Of a DNA stretch of 64,000 nt, positions 50,138 to 62,900 are shown piece after piece. The DNA is from Podospora anserina. Lineage: Eukaryota. Where the stretch lies: the NCBI GenBank assembly GCA_017654855.1, contig CM030333.1:1364001-1428000 (forward strand), in the 5' to 3' direction. The translations under genes were made by a program, and so were the position numbers. The first letter of the stretch is position 1. Each line of letters opens with the position of its first letter. Under the pieces are notes generated by a model that saw only the letters and a program-made list of their open reading frames with translations, ran no database searches and had not been told where the DNA came from.

Positions 50138-51955
50138 GGGATACAGGGATATAAGTTTGGGTATGAGGTAAGGAGAGATCTCATGATGGATATGAAAGTA
50201 CATGGTTGGATGGTGGTTCGAGATGGGGACAGTGCTATAGTAAGCGAGGCGAAGAGATATGGCGGGATGGATATCAAAAGGCGTACATAGATGAATTAAT
50301 GTGTAATACGATTTTCATACTTGAAGTCGCTTTCTTTGCCATGCTTCAGAGCTTCTTCAAACAATCCATGCACGGCTCAACAAGTGGTAGCAGAGACGAA
50401 ACGCACAACCCTCCAGATGGGACGAACCAGATCCGCAGACGAGATGGTCGTTTGGTCTCAAGATTGGGTCTCGAGATCTGTGGGTGGTGGCCTATAAAGT
50501 GGCCGATATAACGGCCATGCCGCACCTCCATGGCCACATGGGGAGCCGCCCACCACCCCCTGGAAAGGGGAATCCGTTGTGATTGTGCTCTTTACGTGCG
50601 TCTTCAGTTACAAGTTGCAAGATGGTGTTTTTGAGACAAGTCATGTTTTCGAAGACTTGGTAATGAAGCTTCAGGAATTGGCATCGTTGTGAGGCACTCG
50701 AAGAAGACAAAGATAGAGGCTGTGGTGATGGAAATAGAAGCAGTACCAGAGCTGAGGAGCCCTCGGTTAGTCTGTGCTCTATAGGATCGTCGATGCCCCA
50801 CGCTGGTACCACCATCCATCTCTTGACTGTCTTAGTTGCTGTGTCTGCGTTCACGGGACGAGATGGACGGGAAGATGGGAAAGAGTCTGTTTGAGGGCGG
50901 TAGCTGGATCCCTCGAGGTGAGATCCGAGCGCGAGACTCACAGAAAAAGACAAGAGATCACAGTGACGGGAAGAGCGCTCGCAGCGGGTAAACGGCGCTG
51001 TAAAGTCACAGCAGGTATGTGACCCTCCCAGTGTCGTGCAGGCGCAGTTGGTGCAAGAAGCGAATGAGCTTGGGGCAGCGCCGGATGTTCGTTTAAGCTT
51101 CCAACGCCCCCATTCCCAAAGGGGATTAGCCCATGATCTTGGTGATCTCCAAGCGCCCGCCAAGACACCCTTTCCCAGATTTCTCACTCTGAACCTGAAC
51201 CTCGCCGACACTCGGCATGGGCCTGGGCAGTGGGCGAAGCGCTGCGGCCGCAGATATTGACGATTCCAGAATGCCGGGTTTGGGTATTTTCCGATGTGTC
51301 TTGAAGACCATCACCGTCACGGTCACTCACCATCACTGTCACCATCACCGCCACGCTGCAGGGCTGGATTGACGAGCCAAGTGCTGGGAAGAGAGGAACA
51401 CCGACGATGGAAACCATCTCCTTCTGTCAACACACCACCACACACCACTTCTCCTCCATCAGCAGAGCAACGACACAACGGTTTTGGGTTGATGATGGTT
51501 TCTAAGAATTGACTGCAGCATGCACATCTCCATTGGCCAATCCGTCCGAGAGCGTTGCTGCCGACCAGACGAGCTCAGGTACGGTCCATCTGCCGACTGT
51601 CAGCCCTGATTGGACTGGCTGGCATGGGGACCTGGCCGGGGGTTCACCAGCGGCACATTGACAAGACTATCAGCTCCCATCACACCCTCAATGCAGGTTG
51701 GCACACCATCTGAATGCCTCCCCACTTGCCTGTTCTGGCCCCCGTCACGTCCACATTCCCCTTGACGGCGGCTCCAGAATCGATACTTGTACTGGAGTGA
51801 ATCCACCTCCTCCATGTTCTTGGGTTCTTGTTGCCACTCTCGCTCGCTTGGTCCATCGACAACCACCCTTCTTTCTTCTTCAGTCCGTCCTTTTCATCAT
51901 ATAGTTAATTTACCTAATTCTCCCAGGCTGGATCCTGGTTCTTTACCGCTTTACA

Positions 51956-53635
51956 ATGCTTCTCCTACCGGTTGTTCTCCTTATCCCACAGCTTGTGTCG
52001 GCCCTCCAAGTAACACCAAACTCGCCATGCGCCTCGAAATGCCTAGACTCAGACGACCTCGATGCCTCAGATCCCAATTCGTCACACACAAGAAATTCAG
52101 ATGTTGTTTGCGAGGACAACAAGTTCTCGTCGGCAAAGGGACAAAAGTGGCAGACATGCATGTCATGTCTAGAGACGAGCACCTTTTCGCAAGGGGGGGA
52201 GAGCGACACCATGTGGTTCTTGTGTTAGTCATCCCTGATTCTGTATATGGAAGAGCGTTCTCACTAACAGTGTGTCCCAGATAACCTTCGATATGCTACT
52301 GCATTGTGCGTTTTTGGGTATCCCAATGGGACAAGTATCGGGCTAGATGTTTGCACCACAACCAAGGCCTGTGGACCATTACGAGACGGCGTCGAACACG
52401 GTCTTCTCGACCAAAAGAACATGACGGCGTACTCATACTGCAAAGCCGGCGCAGGAGGTGCCAACGACCTTTCCCATTATGAAGGCTGCTTGTCTTGTGT
52501 TGCCCCCCATGGCTCGACAGACTACCTGACCAACTACTTCAAGGCGATGGAGGCCGGATGTGCCCAGCAACCGGCACCGGGTGTGCCTCTTGGCCTCAAC
52601 GAGACTGTGTTCTCTAACAACCGAATCACCCTTGTCGATCCATCAGCACCCAAGGACGATGGCGACAGCGCGCCGGCCGTTGGCACAACCACCATCATTG
52701 GTATCGTGGCTGGAGCGGTGGTGTTGCTTCTAGTTGGCGGAGGATTCGCTTTCGTCTGCCTTCGCAAGAGGAAGAACAAGACCAGACGTGCCAGCGCCGA
52801 AGCCGACTTCTACAGCAACTTTGGTGTCGGCGGTCATGGCCACCGTCCCAAGTCATCTATCTCCTTCCAATGCCAGACACACATGATGTCCCCTCGCTTC
52901 TGGCCCGGAGCGGAAGAGGGCATCTCCCCTGCCACCGAGCAGAGCCCAACGGACACCCAACTCCAGAGGTCATCTATCTACAAGCCCCCCATGGGCGGCA
53001 TCGACGCCATCTCTTCCTACCCCACCAAAGAAAACCGTTACAGTGTGCAACAGAAACAACAAGACGATTCCATCGCCACCGCTCCCCACAAGATGGGCAT
53101 GCCCCTCCACCAAATCACCACCACCCTTCCCCCCGCCTCTCCTCCCCAGGTGTACACGGCCTCCTCCGAAAAAGTCTACTACTCCCCCTCAGACTTCAAG
53201 TCCCCCCTATCAGCCGACTCGGTCCGCAGCACCGCTGCTCTTTTACCGGCTATCAAGCCCTACATCCCAGCTGAATACGGCGTCGTTGGTCAAGCGCAGC
53301 CCTACCCCCAACCTCAAGTTCCCAGCCCAGCTCCCACCGTCACATCTTTTGGTCAAAGCCCAACGTCTGCCGTGTCAGCTCCAGGAACGGGGATGACGCC
53401 GCTGCTGAGGGGCAACCCTTGGTCCGCCGCTCTAGAGAAGCCCCAGCGTCCAGTTATTAATGTACCGCCGCCTCCGCCGCAGCAGAAGAAGGGGAGGGAG
53501 AGCGTGATGATGGTTGGGTTGGGGATTGATGCCGGGGCGGTGCCGCCCAAAAGGAAGGGGACGCCGACGCCGACGGGGAGTCCGGTGGAGAGTGTGGAGA
53601 TCAAGACTGCTTTTAAGGCGCCGCCGAGGAGGTGA
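51956..53635 (+). CDS. Type I membrane protein with 12-Cys ectodomain (paralog B); intron 52224-52280
   Basis: Signal peptide, ALQVTPNSPCASKC, spliced FLY/NLRY, KACGPL, NYFKAMEAGCAQQP, TM segment IIGIVAGAVVLLLVGGGFAFVCL and RKRKNK. Confidence 0.87.
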
Positions 53636-54214
53636 TTTTTTTTTTTTTGTTCCCGAATATACCTATGAGCATACCATACCCTATTGCACCACCAGGTGCT
53701 TTTCTTTGAATGTATTATTTATGGAATTAAGTGGATGGGTGGGGTGGTGTATGTTAGCGAGCATGGGATATATGGACTAAGTAAGGTATTGGTGTTTTGG
53801 GCGTTTGTCTATTTGAGATGTACGCATATCATATCACATCATCTGCCTGTCCACCTATCTACCTTACCTACCTACCTACCAAAGAGGAAAATATAACTTG
53901 TATATCACATCTTTCTCTGTTTCATTCTATCAACTTCCTCTCCTCGCTTCACTGTAGCATACCGTCAAAACCACAAATGTCGAAGATATCTACCGCAGCG
54001 GGAGGAGGGGGAGGACATGATAGTAAATAAGAGAGCAAAAAAATATAAGCAAAGTCTCCGGTTCTGGCTGGCCTGTAACCTCCTGCTTGCTACGACCACC
54101 ACAACCCTGCTTTTTTTCACCACGCCCTTGTGACATTCGTTCCATTTACTGAGATGAAGCTACTTCGCTGGGGAAGTGGGAGTCGGGGGAGGTATATATT
54201 GAGTGGGTGTTTGC

Positions 54215-55700
54215 TTATGAGTCGGTTAGGTAGATAACTGGTGGGTGGGTGGGTGTTTCGGTGTTTGACTTTTTGTTTGTGTGGGCTGGGTTAGGCTGAT
54301 AATAAGAGTAGGTAGAACTGTAGCATCGATGGCGCGATATACCACGTCGGATATTTTGTAGGTGGACAGACAGCCATCTAGGCATTGTCACGTCTTTCTT
54401 CACAGAGACCTGGTAATCATGTAAATCAGCGAAACTTTTTATTGAGCCCTCGCTACCTGAGTAGGAAAATAGGACGGAACCATGGGTGAGACGTCTCATA
54501 AGAGTCCCCTAATACCCATCCGAAATCAGCTTCCTCCCCTTCTTCACCGTGTCAAATGAGGCGCATAACCATCCAAACTCCAGCTTGAAGACTCCTCTCC
54601 GGCTCCCTTCCATCATTTTTGATGCCAGAAGTCCTCAAAGCAGACCCCTTTGATAGCCATGTTGATGATCCCCAGCGCCTTTTCCTCTTGTCTAAACACC
54701 ATTTTCCTCCTGTTCCGAGACCATTTCCCTCCCACTTGAGACCCTTCCCCCCCTCAAGTAAGCCTCGTCCAGGTCAAACTCATTATCTCCTGAAATGAAG
54801 TCCTCAAATTCGAGATCCACCAGCAACGCTTGAACTCCAATTGCGTCTCCAGATCTCTCCCACCGGTCGGCGGGCATAGGACCCGGCTCTTTCATGCACT
54901 CCTTGAAAGCATAGATGCTTGCCACACCAGCATCAAGAAACTCGAGGACTTCGGGAAACAGTCTCAGGGTCTTCTCCAGATGCATAACACTCCGGCAGCC
55001 CCTTTCAATCTCCTGTAATGCCTGGCTGAGACAGACGAGCGGATAATGATCAGTGTCGGTAAGATAGGCTGTAATGCGCGCCTTCAGCGCTGTGAAAGCC
55101 TGACTAGCCTTGACTTGTGTGGTGATGCTGGCTACGGCGTCTGCGAACTCCTTCTTCATCCAACCACTCTTTTGCCCCGACCTATTGATCGTCAGCAAGC
55201 CATCATGGTCAATGCAGAGATCCTCTATCGCGAAGGTCTTTTTGATGTGCTTATGGAGACCGATCTGTTGCAGGGAGCGAATAGATCCATGCATGTTCAA
55301 TGCCACCTGCGCAGCTGTGCACTTGCCGCCGCATCGACGTTGGCTGACGAGGGGGCGCCTCGTTCAAATCTTCAAAAATCTTCAGCAACTTGGAACTATG
55401 TGCCAAAGAGCGAATGCTGTCCTGCCGTGACCTGGTTACTTTATTGAACAACCACATCCAGTCGGTGTTGGAATCGATTTCGACGAAGTCGTCCGGCTGA
55501 GGGTTCATGATGGTCGACATCTCCTTGGGGTCGAAGATGATATTCGAGAGCCGAGAAATTCGCTGAAACATGGACAGGAAAGATAGTTGAAGGCGCAAGT
55601 AAGTGAGGTCGAGCCGTCTGAAGATAGCTCGAAGGCGTTCAGTGATTGATTGAAGGCCTCAAGTAACTGGTTGAAGGTATCAAGAGACTCCGTTCAGAAG
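54215..55700 (-). pseudogene. Fragmented coding relic of unknown family
   Basis: Consecutive minus-strand protein-like segments (55251-55598, 54692-55306, 54215-54499) in shifting frames with internal TAG/TGA stops. No recognisable domain. Confidence 0.5.
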
Positions 55701-56261
55701 GGGTAGAGGACGAAGTTGTTGGGTGGAAGAAGAAGACATCCAAAATCCTCAAGCAGGAAAAGAAGGGGGCATTCCTACCTGTCCCTCCACCTCTCTGCCG
55801 AAGCTTCTCCCCTCTCAACAAGGCAGGAGCACCCTTCGGCAAACGTCACCAGATCCTTCTCTAGAGGTCCTCATCTCTACCGTAGGCTTCCAATCTTGCG
55901 GTTCACCTGAACTTTGACCCCCAAGAGATCTCGATTAGCTACAAGAGCGCAGATAATCTAACAGATAAGATATTGGGTGACACTGTGTAGAGCAGAGATG
56001 ACAATGGAATCTTCTGCTGTGGCTTGACCCACGACACTGAACTGGCCCGATTGATAGCTACAACCAGCCTCTCCAATCGCTATCTTCCACAGACACAAGC
56101 TCCAAACACAGCAGGGGGCCCTACTCTTCATTACCCCTTTCGAAATCAGCGCACAACCCATCCCCAAGCCTCATAGGAAGCCCTCTCTGCTATCAACCCT
56201 GCCATAACCGTCCGACTCCCCTAATTCCCCAGCTCGAAGACAGAATGCCCAGATGCGCCCG

Positions 56262-56991
56262 TCATACCGGAGCATCCCACTGATCAGCGCAAAACGAAAA
56301 CTCGCCATTCAAAGAAGCGACGTGACCGATGTGAATGTGGTAGTTCCAGAGCGAACGATTCACCATTGCCAGCAGCCTCTCCGGATCCTGCAGTAGCAAC
56401 TCATCCCAGTCCTCTTCCGCGCGGCTCTCAATCTCGGCTGTCTGCTTTGAATCGTGTCCAGTGGTCCATGGTCAGCGAACCTGGCCCCTCGAGCCCAAGC
56501 GTGACAGCAGAAACGATGGCTGCATCAGACTCGAGCTGCTTGAGCGCTTTCGCACACATATCCCAAGTATTGTGCAGCTGTTCGAGAGTCGGGAATTCCC
56601 TAGTCTCTCCTGAACGCTCGTACTGATTGACATCTTCAGCCAAATCCTTCGCACATTCGATATTATTGTCGAGGACCCCAAGATTCGCAATAGAGCTGTA
56701 TCCGACCAAGAGTTTTCCGCAGCTCAAGGAACGCAGTGTGATGAGAGGACTTTGCTCTGAACTTCTGTGAAAGCCTCCTGGATGTTGATCTTGACGTGTC
56801 TTTGGGAAAGCTCGACGGACCAGAGCGACTCAGGATCAAGATCAACGAGCATCTCAAGTAAATTCCCTGACCGGCTCGTCCTCACGGCGTCGCTTGCGGG
56901 AAGATGAAGACGCAGTCGTGGTCTGGTTGTCCGAGGAGTTACCGGAGGTGGGTTGATCACCTAGAGACACGCCTTGATCGGATCTAGCCAT
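56262..56991 (-). pseudogene. Frameshifted coding relic of unknown family
   Basis: ATG at 56991 (MARSDQ...RKRRREDEPV), then three further helical-looking segments, each in a shifted frame. Confidence 0.5.
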
Positions 56992-57570
56992 GACGAAGGC
57001 CGAATGACTGCCCAAGGGAGGAGAAGTGGTTGTTTAGAGGAAGAAGAATCAGAGGCCTGTAGCAAAGAAGAAGAGAGTACTTATACCTGACCCTGCCCTC
57101 TCAAGCAGGCAAGAGCAGGCAAAGAGCCACCTCCAACGCCCTACGTCAACCTCAACCTCCCCGAGATGCCAGATCTATCTGTAGGCAGCCAGATAGGTAT
57201 CATACTAGAATCTCCCGCTGACCTCCTGTACGACGTGATTGCACATACCTACAAGACGTGACATCTATCTGGCATGGCAGCACACATCTTGCTCATGTCC
57301 GAGCTGTCAAGGTCGCCGCAAAACAAACCACACAGCAACCATATACAGCTTGATAAACCTCATAATAAGACTCGGTAAACATCACACCCCAAAGGCGCCC
57401 TAGCCTGATAACCCTGGGCAGGTGGTCGTCTTATCATCCGACCATTTTCCCCCATCAATTTCAAAATAAAATCTCACAGGGTCACCATCGTGAACCAACA
57501 TGTAAAACCAAAAACCCATGAAATTCTACTCGAGTTTCCACAAGACACCTGTCTGGAACACTTATGAAAA

Positions 57571-59338
57571 TCAAACCTCAAATATCTCCCCCACCCCCAC
57601 CCCCTCCCCCCCTCCCCTTCGATTCTCCACCAAATCCAACCTCCACCCCTCCCAATTCTTCAACCCCCTCTTGATCTCCTTGATCCTCTCCAACCTCTTC
57701 CTCCCCTCCTCCTCCTGCGCCCGCCTAAACGCCTCCTCATCAAACTCCAGTTCATCATCATCATCGTCCAAAAACCCATCATCCTGATGTCCGTGTCCGT
57801 GATGATGCCCATGATGTTGATGGCCACCACCAGTCAGAGCACTCAACCCGCTACTAATCAACTGCCCAAACCCACCCCCCCTGCCCGTGCCCCTGTCCCG
57901 GTCCCGGTCCCCCTCCCCCCAAGTCAACATTCTCATACATCTCCCCCTCAGGCCCAACCTGCATCTCCTTCCTCTTCTCATGCCAAATCCCCCTCCTCAA
58001 ATCCGCATTCTCCCCCTCCAGCTCCCTGATCCTCCTTTCTAATCTGGCTCTCTCCTCATCAATCAGCTCATCAACACCCTCATCATCCCCTCCCCCCTCC
58101 TGCGCGTCCTTTTTCCTCAGCTTCAAATTCTCCGCCTCCACCTTCTCCAATTGCCCCTGAACCTCCCCTAATTCCTTCTCCAATTTCTCCTTCTCCCTCT
58201 TCAACCCCTGCATCCGTGCATCGTGCTCTTTATGCAACGTAGTAAGCGTAACAACCTTCTTCTCCAACCCCTCCACCTTTTTCACCAACCCCTCCTTCTC
58301 TTCCCTCACCTCCTTGGTCTCCTTCTCCAACTGGCTCGCCTTCGTCTCAGCCGACGACCTAGCCGAACCCTCCTTGACAACCTTCTCACTCACCCTCTCG
58401 AGCGCAACCTTCAAATCCCCCACCTCCCTCTGCGCCAACCCCGCCGCCCTCTCCGCCCTACCCAGCTTCTCCTCCAACGCAGCCACCTGCTCGTTCTCCC
58501 CACCCCCCGCGCTCAACCTCTCCACCTGCGCCCTCAACCGTCCCATCTCCAGCTCCATCGTCTGAATCGTCTCCCTCGCCCGCTCCAGCTCAGCAGCTGG
58601 TGGCGGGCTCGCAACAGAAATACTCCCACCCCCACCCCCATGCCCCTTCCTCTGCGCCATGAGCTGCTGATTCTGCCTCTTCAAACCCTCGATTTCATTC
58701 TTGAGCTTTTCCACCTCCCCATCATCATTCTTCCCCCCCTCAGCCTCCCTCAAATCCTCAAGCTCACCCTCCACCCTCCCCAACTTCCTCTCCAACTCTT
58801 TGGCTTCCTTCTCCCACCTCCCCTTTTCCTTTTCCAGTTCCTCAATTTTTGCTTGTTGCTTCCGGTAGATATCCATCGCCGTCTCCCCACCGTCCCCCCC
58901 CAACCCAGGACTGAGAGGCCCTAACCCCCCAGCACCACCCGCACCACTTCCCAGGGAAATCGATCCCTGTCGGAAACTCGTCGAGCGAGCCTTGGACGCC
59001 TGGGCAAGTGACGACGGTGGTGCGCTTAAGGTCGGGGAGCCAGCGCTGTCAACAGCTTCCTCTTCTTCCGCGGGAGGAGGAGGAGGAGGAGCAACAGCAT
59101 CGGCGGTTGGCTCGGGGGTCCCAGTCGCGGGGGTATCAGTCGCGGTGTCTTTCTCGTCGCCAGTGTCCTTTGTTTTCTTGCCCGTCTTTTTGGCCTTCTT
59201 CTTCATTGCCTCGACCTATACCACAACAGGAAACAATTAGAACCTGGGGGTGGGGAGGCAGCAGCACTGTCGGGGAAGACAAACCCTCTTCTTGGCCGCG
59301 GCGAGCTTCTCAGCTCGTTCCTTTTCTTCGTCGGCCAT
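57571..59338 (-). CDS. Coiled-coil protein (fungal 'M protein repeat'/golgin-like); intron 59216-59284; apparent frameshift at 57875-57881
   Basis: MADEEKERAEKLAAAKKR/VEAMKKK, long heptad repeats, and a well-formed C-terminus (FDEEAFRRAQEEE...GLKNWEGWRLDLVE...GEIFEV) in the adjacent frame after a G7 run. Confidence 0.82.
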
Positions 59339-59923
59339 TGTTGCTGTTTTTTTCAATGTCTCAACCGGTTACTGTCCTTGACGTAAGAAAAGATGGCAGG
59401 AAACATCAGAGTTGGACGTGAAAAGAGCTTAGTTGTTGCAAGGTGGGAGCAAGTCGCATGGGCGAAGGTGGCATCAAAGCAACAAGCCACAAAGGCCAAC
59501 CAGTTACCAGGTAAGCTGGGGTGCCCTGAGGGCCCCATAGCGCCCAATGCACACTTCCCTGTCAGTAAGCCACAGGTGTACAGGGGTACATGGGGTATCC
59601 AAAGGTGACGCCATTCTTCTGTCTCAACAACTCCCCCTTTAAAACATCTCTCCCAAAACATACACACATGACAGTCAGGCAAGAGTTAACGTCATAAGCG
59701 GTCTATTGCTTCCATCATCATGCTATACTATTCATAAACGCAGTTATTCCCGCAAAAAACCAAAACCCAACCATACAGCATTTCCACCCGACAGTTTTCC
59801 CATCGGTCCAATCCTTTTAAAATCACCAAATTGACAGGCCTGGTTACCGTCTACCTACATTATTGCAACTTTTTATATTGGATTTTTTGTATCCTCGTCC
59901 CCTCTCGACCTTCGTCTCCCTCT

Positions 59924-62391
59924 TTAGAGGATCTGCTGGAAAGCGCGGTTGATGGGCGAGCGGACGGGGACACCCTTCCAAAAGTCAATGGTCTGGAGGG
60001 CGCGCTTGGCAACACCCTCGGGGGTGAACTCAAACTTGGCATAGACGTCCTTGTAGGGGCCCGAAGCTCCGAAGCGGTTCAGGCCGAACTGCTCGTGAGT
60101 GTACTTCTCCCAGCCCATGGTGGACATGACCTCAATGGACAGAGAGGGGATGCCGTCGGGGAGAACGCTGAGCTGGTAGTCCTTCGGCTGGGTGTCAAAC
60201 ACCTCGAAGCAGGGAAGAGAGACGACACGGGCCTTGATGCTGTGCTTCTCGGCGAGGAGCTTGACGGCGTCAATGGCAATGCAGACCTCGGAACCGGTGG
60301 AGACAAGGGTGATGTCGGCACCCTCCTGCTCGTGGAGGACGTAGCCACCCTTGATCGCCTTCTCGATGGTGGAGCCCTCCAGCTGGGGAAGGTTCTGGCG
60401 GGAGAGAGCGATGATGCTGGGGGTGTGCTTGGAGGTGAGAGCGACGTAGTAGGCAGCCGACGTCTCGTTGCCATCGGCGGGGCGCCAGACCATGCAGTTG
60501 GGAAGGGCGCGGAAGTGAGTGAGGACCTCGATAGGCTGATGGGTGGGACCATCCTCGCCAAGACCAATGGAGTCGTGGGTGGCGACCCAGATGGCGCGGG
60601 CCTGGGACAGGGCGGAGAGACGGACGGCACCGGCGGCATAGGACACGAAGTTGAGGAAAGTACCGCCGTATGGGATGATGGTACCATAGGCAGCGAGACC
60701 GTTCATGATGGCGCCCATGCCGTGCTCACGGACACCATAACGGATGTAGCGGCCGTCGTATGTGCCGAGGCCGGTCGCCGGGGGCTGGAAGTCGATCGAG
60801 CCCTTGGAGCGGGTAAGGTTGGAGCCGGTCAAATCGGCGGAACCACCGACAAGCTCGGGGACGGCATCGAAGATCTTGTTGATGACAATCTCGGAGAGCT
60901 TTCTGGAAGCAACGGCGGCGTCGGCAGGGGTGTAGACGGGGAGGTTCTTCTCCCAGCCCTCGGGAAGGTCACCCTTCTGGCGACGGACGAGGTCGGCGGC
61001 CTCACCCTTGTACTCCTCAGAGTACTTGGCGAACAGCTTGTTCCACTCCTCCTCGGCGGCGGCGCCGGCGTTGGAAGCCTTGCGGCAGTGGTCATAGACC
61101 TCCTGGGGAACGTCGAAGCTCTTCTCGGGGTCGAAGCCGAACTTCTCCTTGAGCTGCTTGATGTCGTCAGCCTTGAGGGGAGCACCGTGGACACCGTGGG
61201 TGCCCTGCTGCTTGGAGCCGAAACCGATGATGGTCTTGAGCTGGATAAGCGTGGGCTTGTCCTTGACCTCCTGGGCCTTCTTGAAGGCGTGGAGGATGCC
61301 CTCGAGGTCGTTGTCACCGTCCTCGACGGTGATGGTATGCCAGCCGTAAGACTCGTATCTCTTGAGGACGTCCTCGGTGAAAGCCTGGTTGGTGTCGCCG
61401 TCGATGGTGATGTGGTTGTCGTCCCAGACGGCAATGAGGTTGCCGAGCTGGAGATGGCCGGCGAGAGAGCAGGCCTCGGAGGAGACACCCTCCATCAAGC
61501 AGCCGTCGCCGAGGAAGGCGTATGTGTAGTTGTCAACGAGGTCGTAGCCGGGCTTGTTGAAGACGGCGGCGGTGTGGGCCTGGGCCATGGCAAGACCAAC
61601 AGCGTTGCTGATACCTTGGCCGAGAGGGCCAGTGGTGACCTCGACACCGGGGGTGTCATGGGCCTCGGGGTGACCGGGGGTGATGCTGTCGACGGTCTAT
61701 AGTTATGGCTGTCAGAATGCTGGCCAACACTGGAAGGCAGAAAATAAGCTCCAACTTACACGGAAGGCCTTGAGATCATCAATGGAGAGGGCATAGCCGT
61801 AAAGGTGGAGGAGGGCATATTGGAGCATGCAGCCGTGGCCGTTACTGTAGGTTCATGCGGTCAGATCATGGCTCACTCATCCCGCGGCAAGCTGTGTGTA
61901 AGCTGGGGGCTCAAGCGAGAGAGGAGCACTTACGAGAGAACAAATCTGTCGCGGTTGAGCCACTTTGGGTTCTTGGGGTTGAATCTCATGATCTTGTTGA
62001 AAAGAACGTGGGCAACTGGTGCCATGCCCCTACACTGGTGTCAATAACCTCAAGCCTTGGTTGCGCCGGCATCGGGCAGTCCGTGTTTTTGACGCCATCG
62101 TCGCGGGGAGCTTACATTGGGGCACCGGGGTGACCGGAGTTGGCATGAGCGGTCGCATCGGCCTGGAGGAGAGAAAATGTGAGTGGCTGGCCATGATGAA
62201 TGCGCTCTCAGCAGTGTTGCCGTCGCCGAATTGGACACATGGTGGAATGCGAACAAGATTGCGATGGCGGGGGCGGGGTTCCCTTTTTTTTTTCTGTTGA
62301 GAGACTCTTTTCGGGATGGAGGGGTCCGTTCACTTACGGCCAGAACACGGATCGTGTTGATGGTCTTGGTGTCAACCTCGGTGAAGCCCAT
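59924..62391 (-). CDS. TKL1: Transketolase; exons 62391-62338, 62162-62116, 62029-61934, 61844-61760, 61696-59924
   Basis: [40 protein letters not shown] motif GDGCLMEG and [16 protein letters not shown]. Confidence 0.97.
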
Positions 62392-62759
62392 CTTTGCGGT
62401 TTGTCTGGATGAATCTGAAGACAATGACAAGATAGGAAGATGTTACGAGGAGAAAGGGGAGGAGGGGGGGAGTCACTGGATATATGAAGAGGGAAGTGGG
62501 AAGAGAGCGAAAGGTTCCTGGTGGGGTGTTTTAACCCAAGGGCTCCAAGGGGCAAGGGGAGGGCGTTGGGGGTCGGGACGGTGGTGTGTGTCGACAGAGT
62601 GGGGTTGTGCCTCTGGGGAGTTCCAGGTAGGAGAGCTTCCCCTGCCCGTGCCTTCTGGAGCTCTGGTTCGCCCGGATGAATGCCAGCTGTGGGACCTTTT
62701 GGGGGAGGCCAGGGACCTCGAGGATCTAATCTCTCACCTCTCTCGTCTCTGCCAGCCAG

Positions 62760-62900
62760 TTTTTGTCTCTCTTTTTATTTTTTTTATTTCTTTTTTCATT
62801 TTTTTATCTATTTTTTTTCTTTTATTTTTTTTATTTTTTATTTATTTTTTTTCCTTTAAATTTTTTTTCTAATTTTTTTTTTGGCCCCAGCCGCGTTGAT
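62760..62900. repeat. Long T-rich low-complexity tract upstream of transketolase
   Basis: About 140 bp of interrupted poly-T. Confidence 0.9.

Noticed and set aside
54500..54700. TAG stops as A-to-I editing-corrected premature stops
   Set aside because: Frameshifts also interrupt the region, so editing alone could not restore a protein.
54215..56991. Spok, het/NLR or Starship captain identity for the relics
   Set aside because: No recognisable HET, NACHT, kinase, nuclease or tyrosine-recombinase motifs.
59831..61702. 623-aa plus-strand ORF
   Set aside because: Antisense shadow of the codon-biased transketolase gene; no independent domain features.
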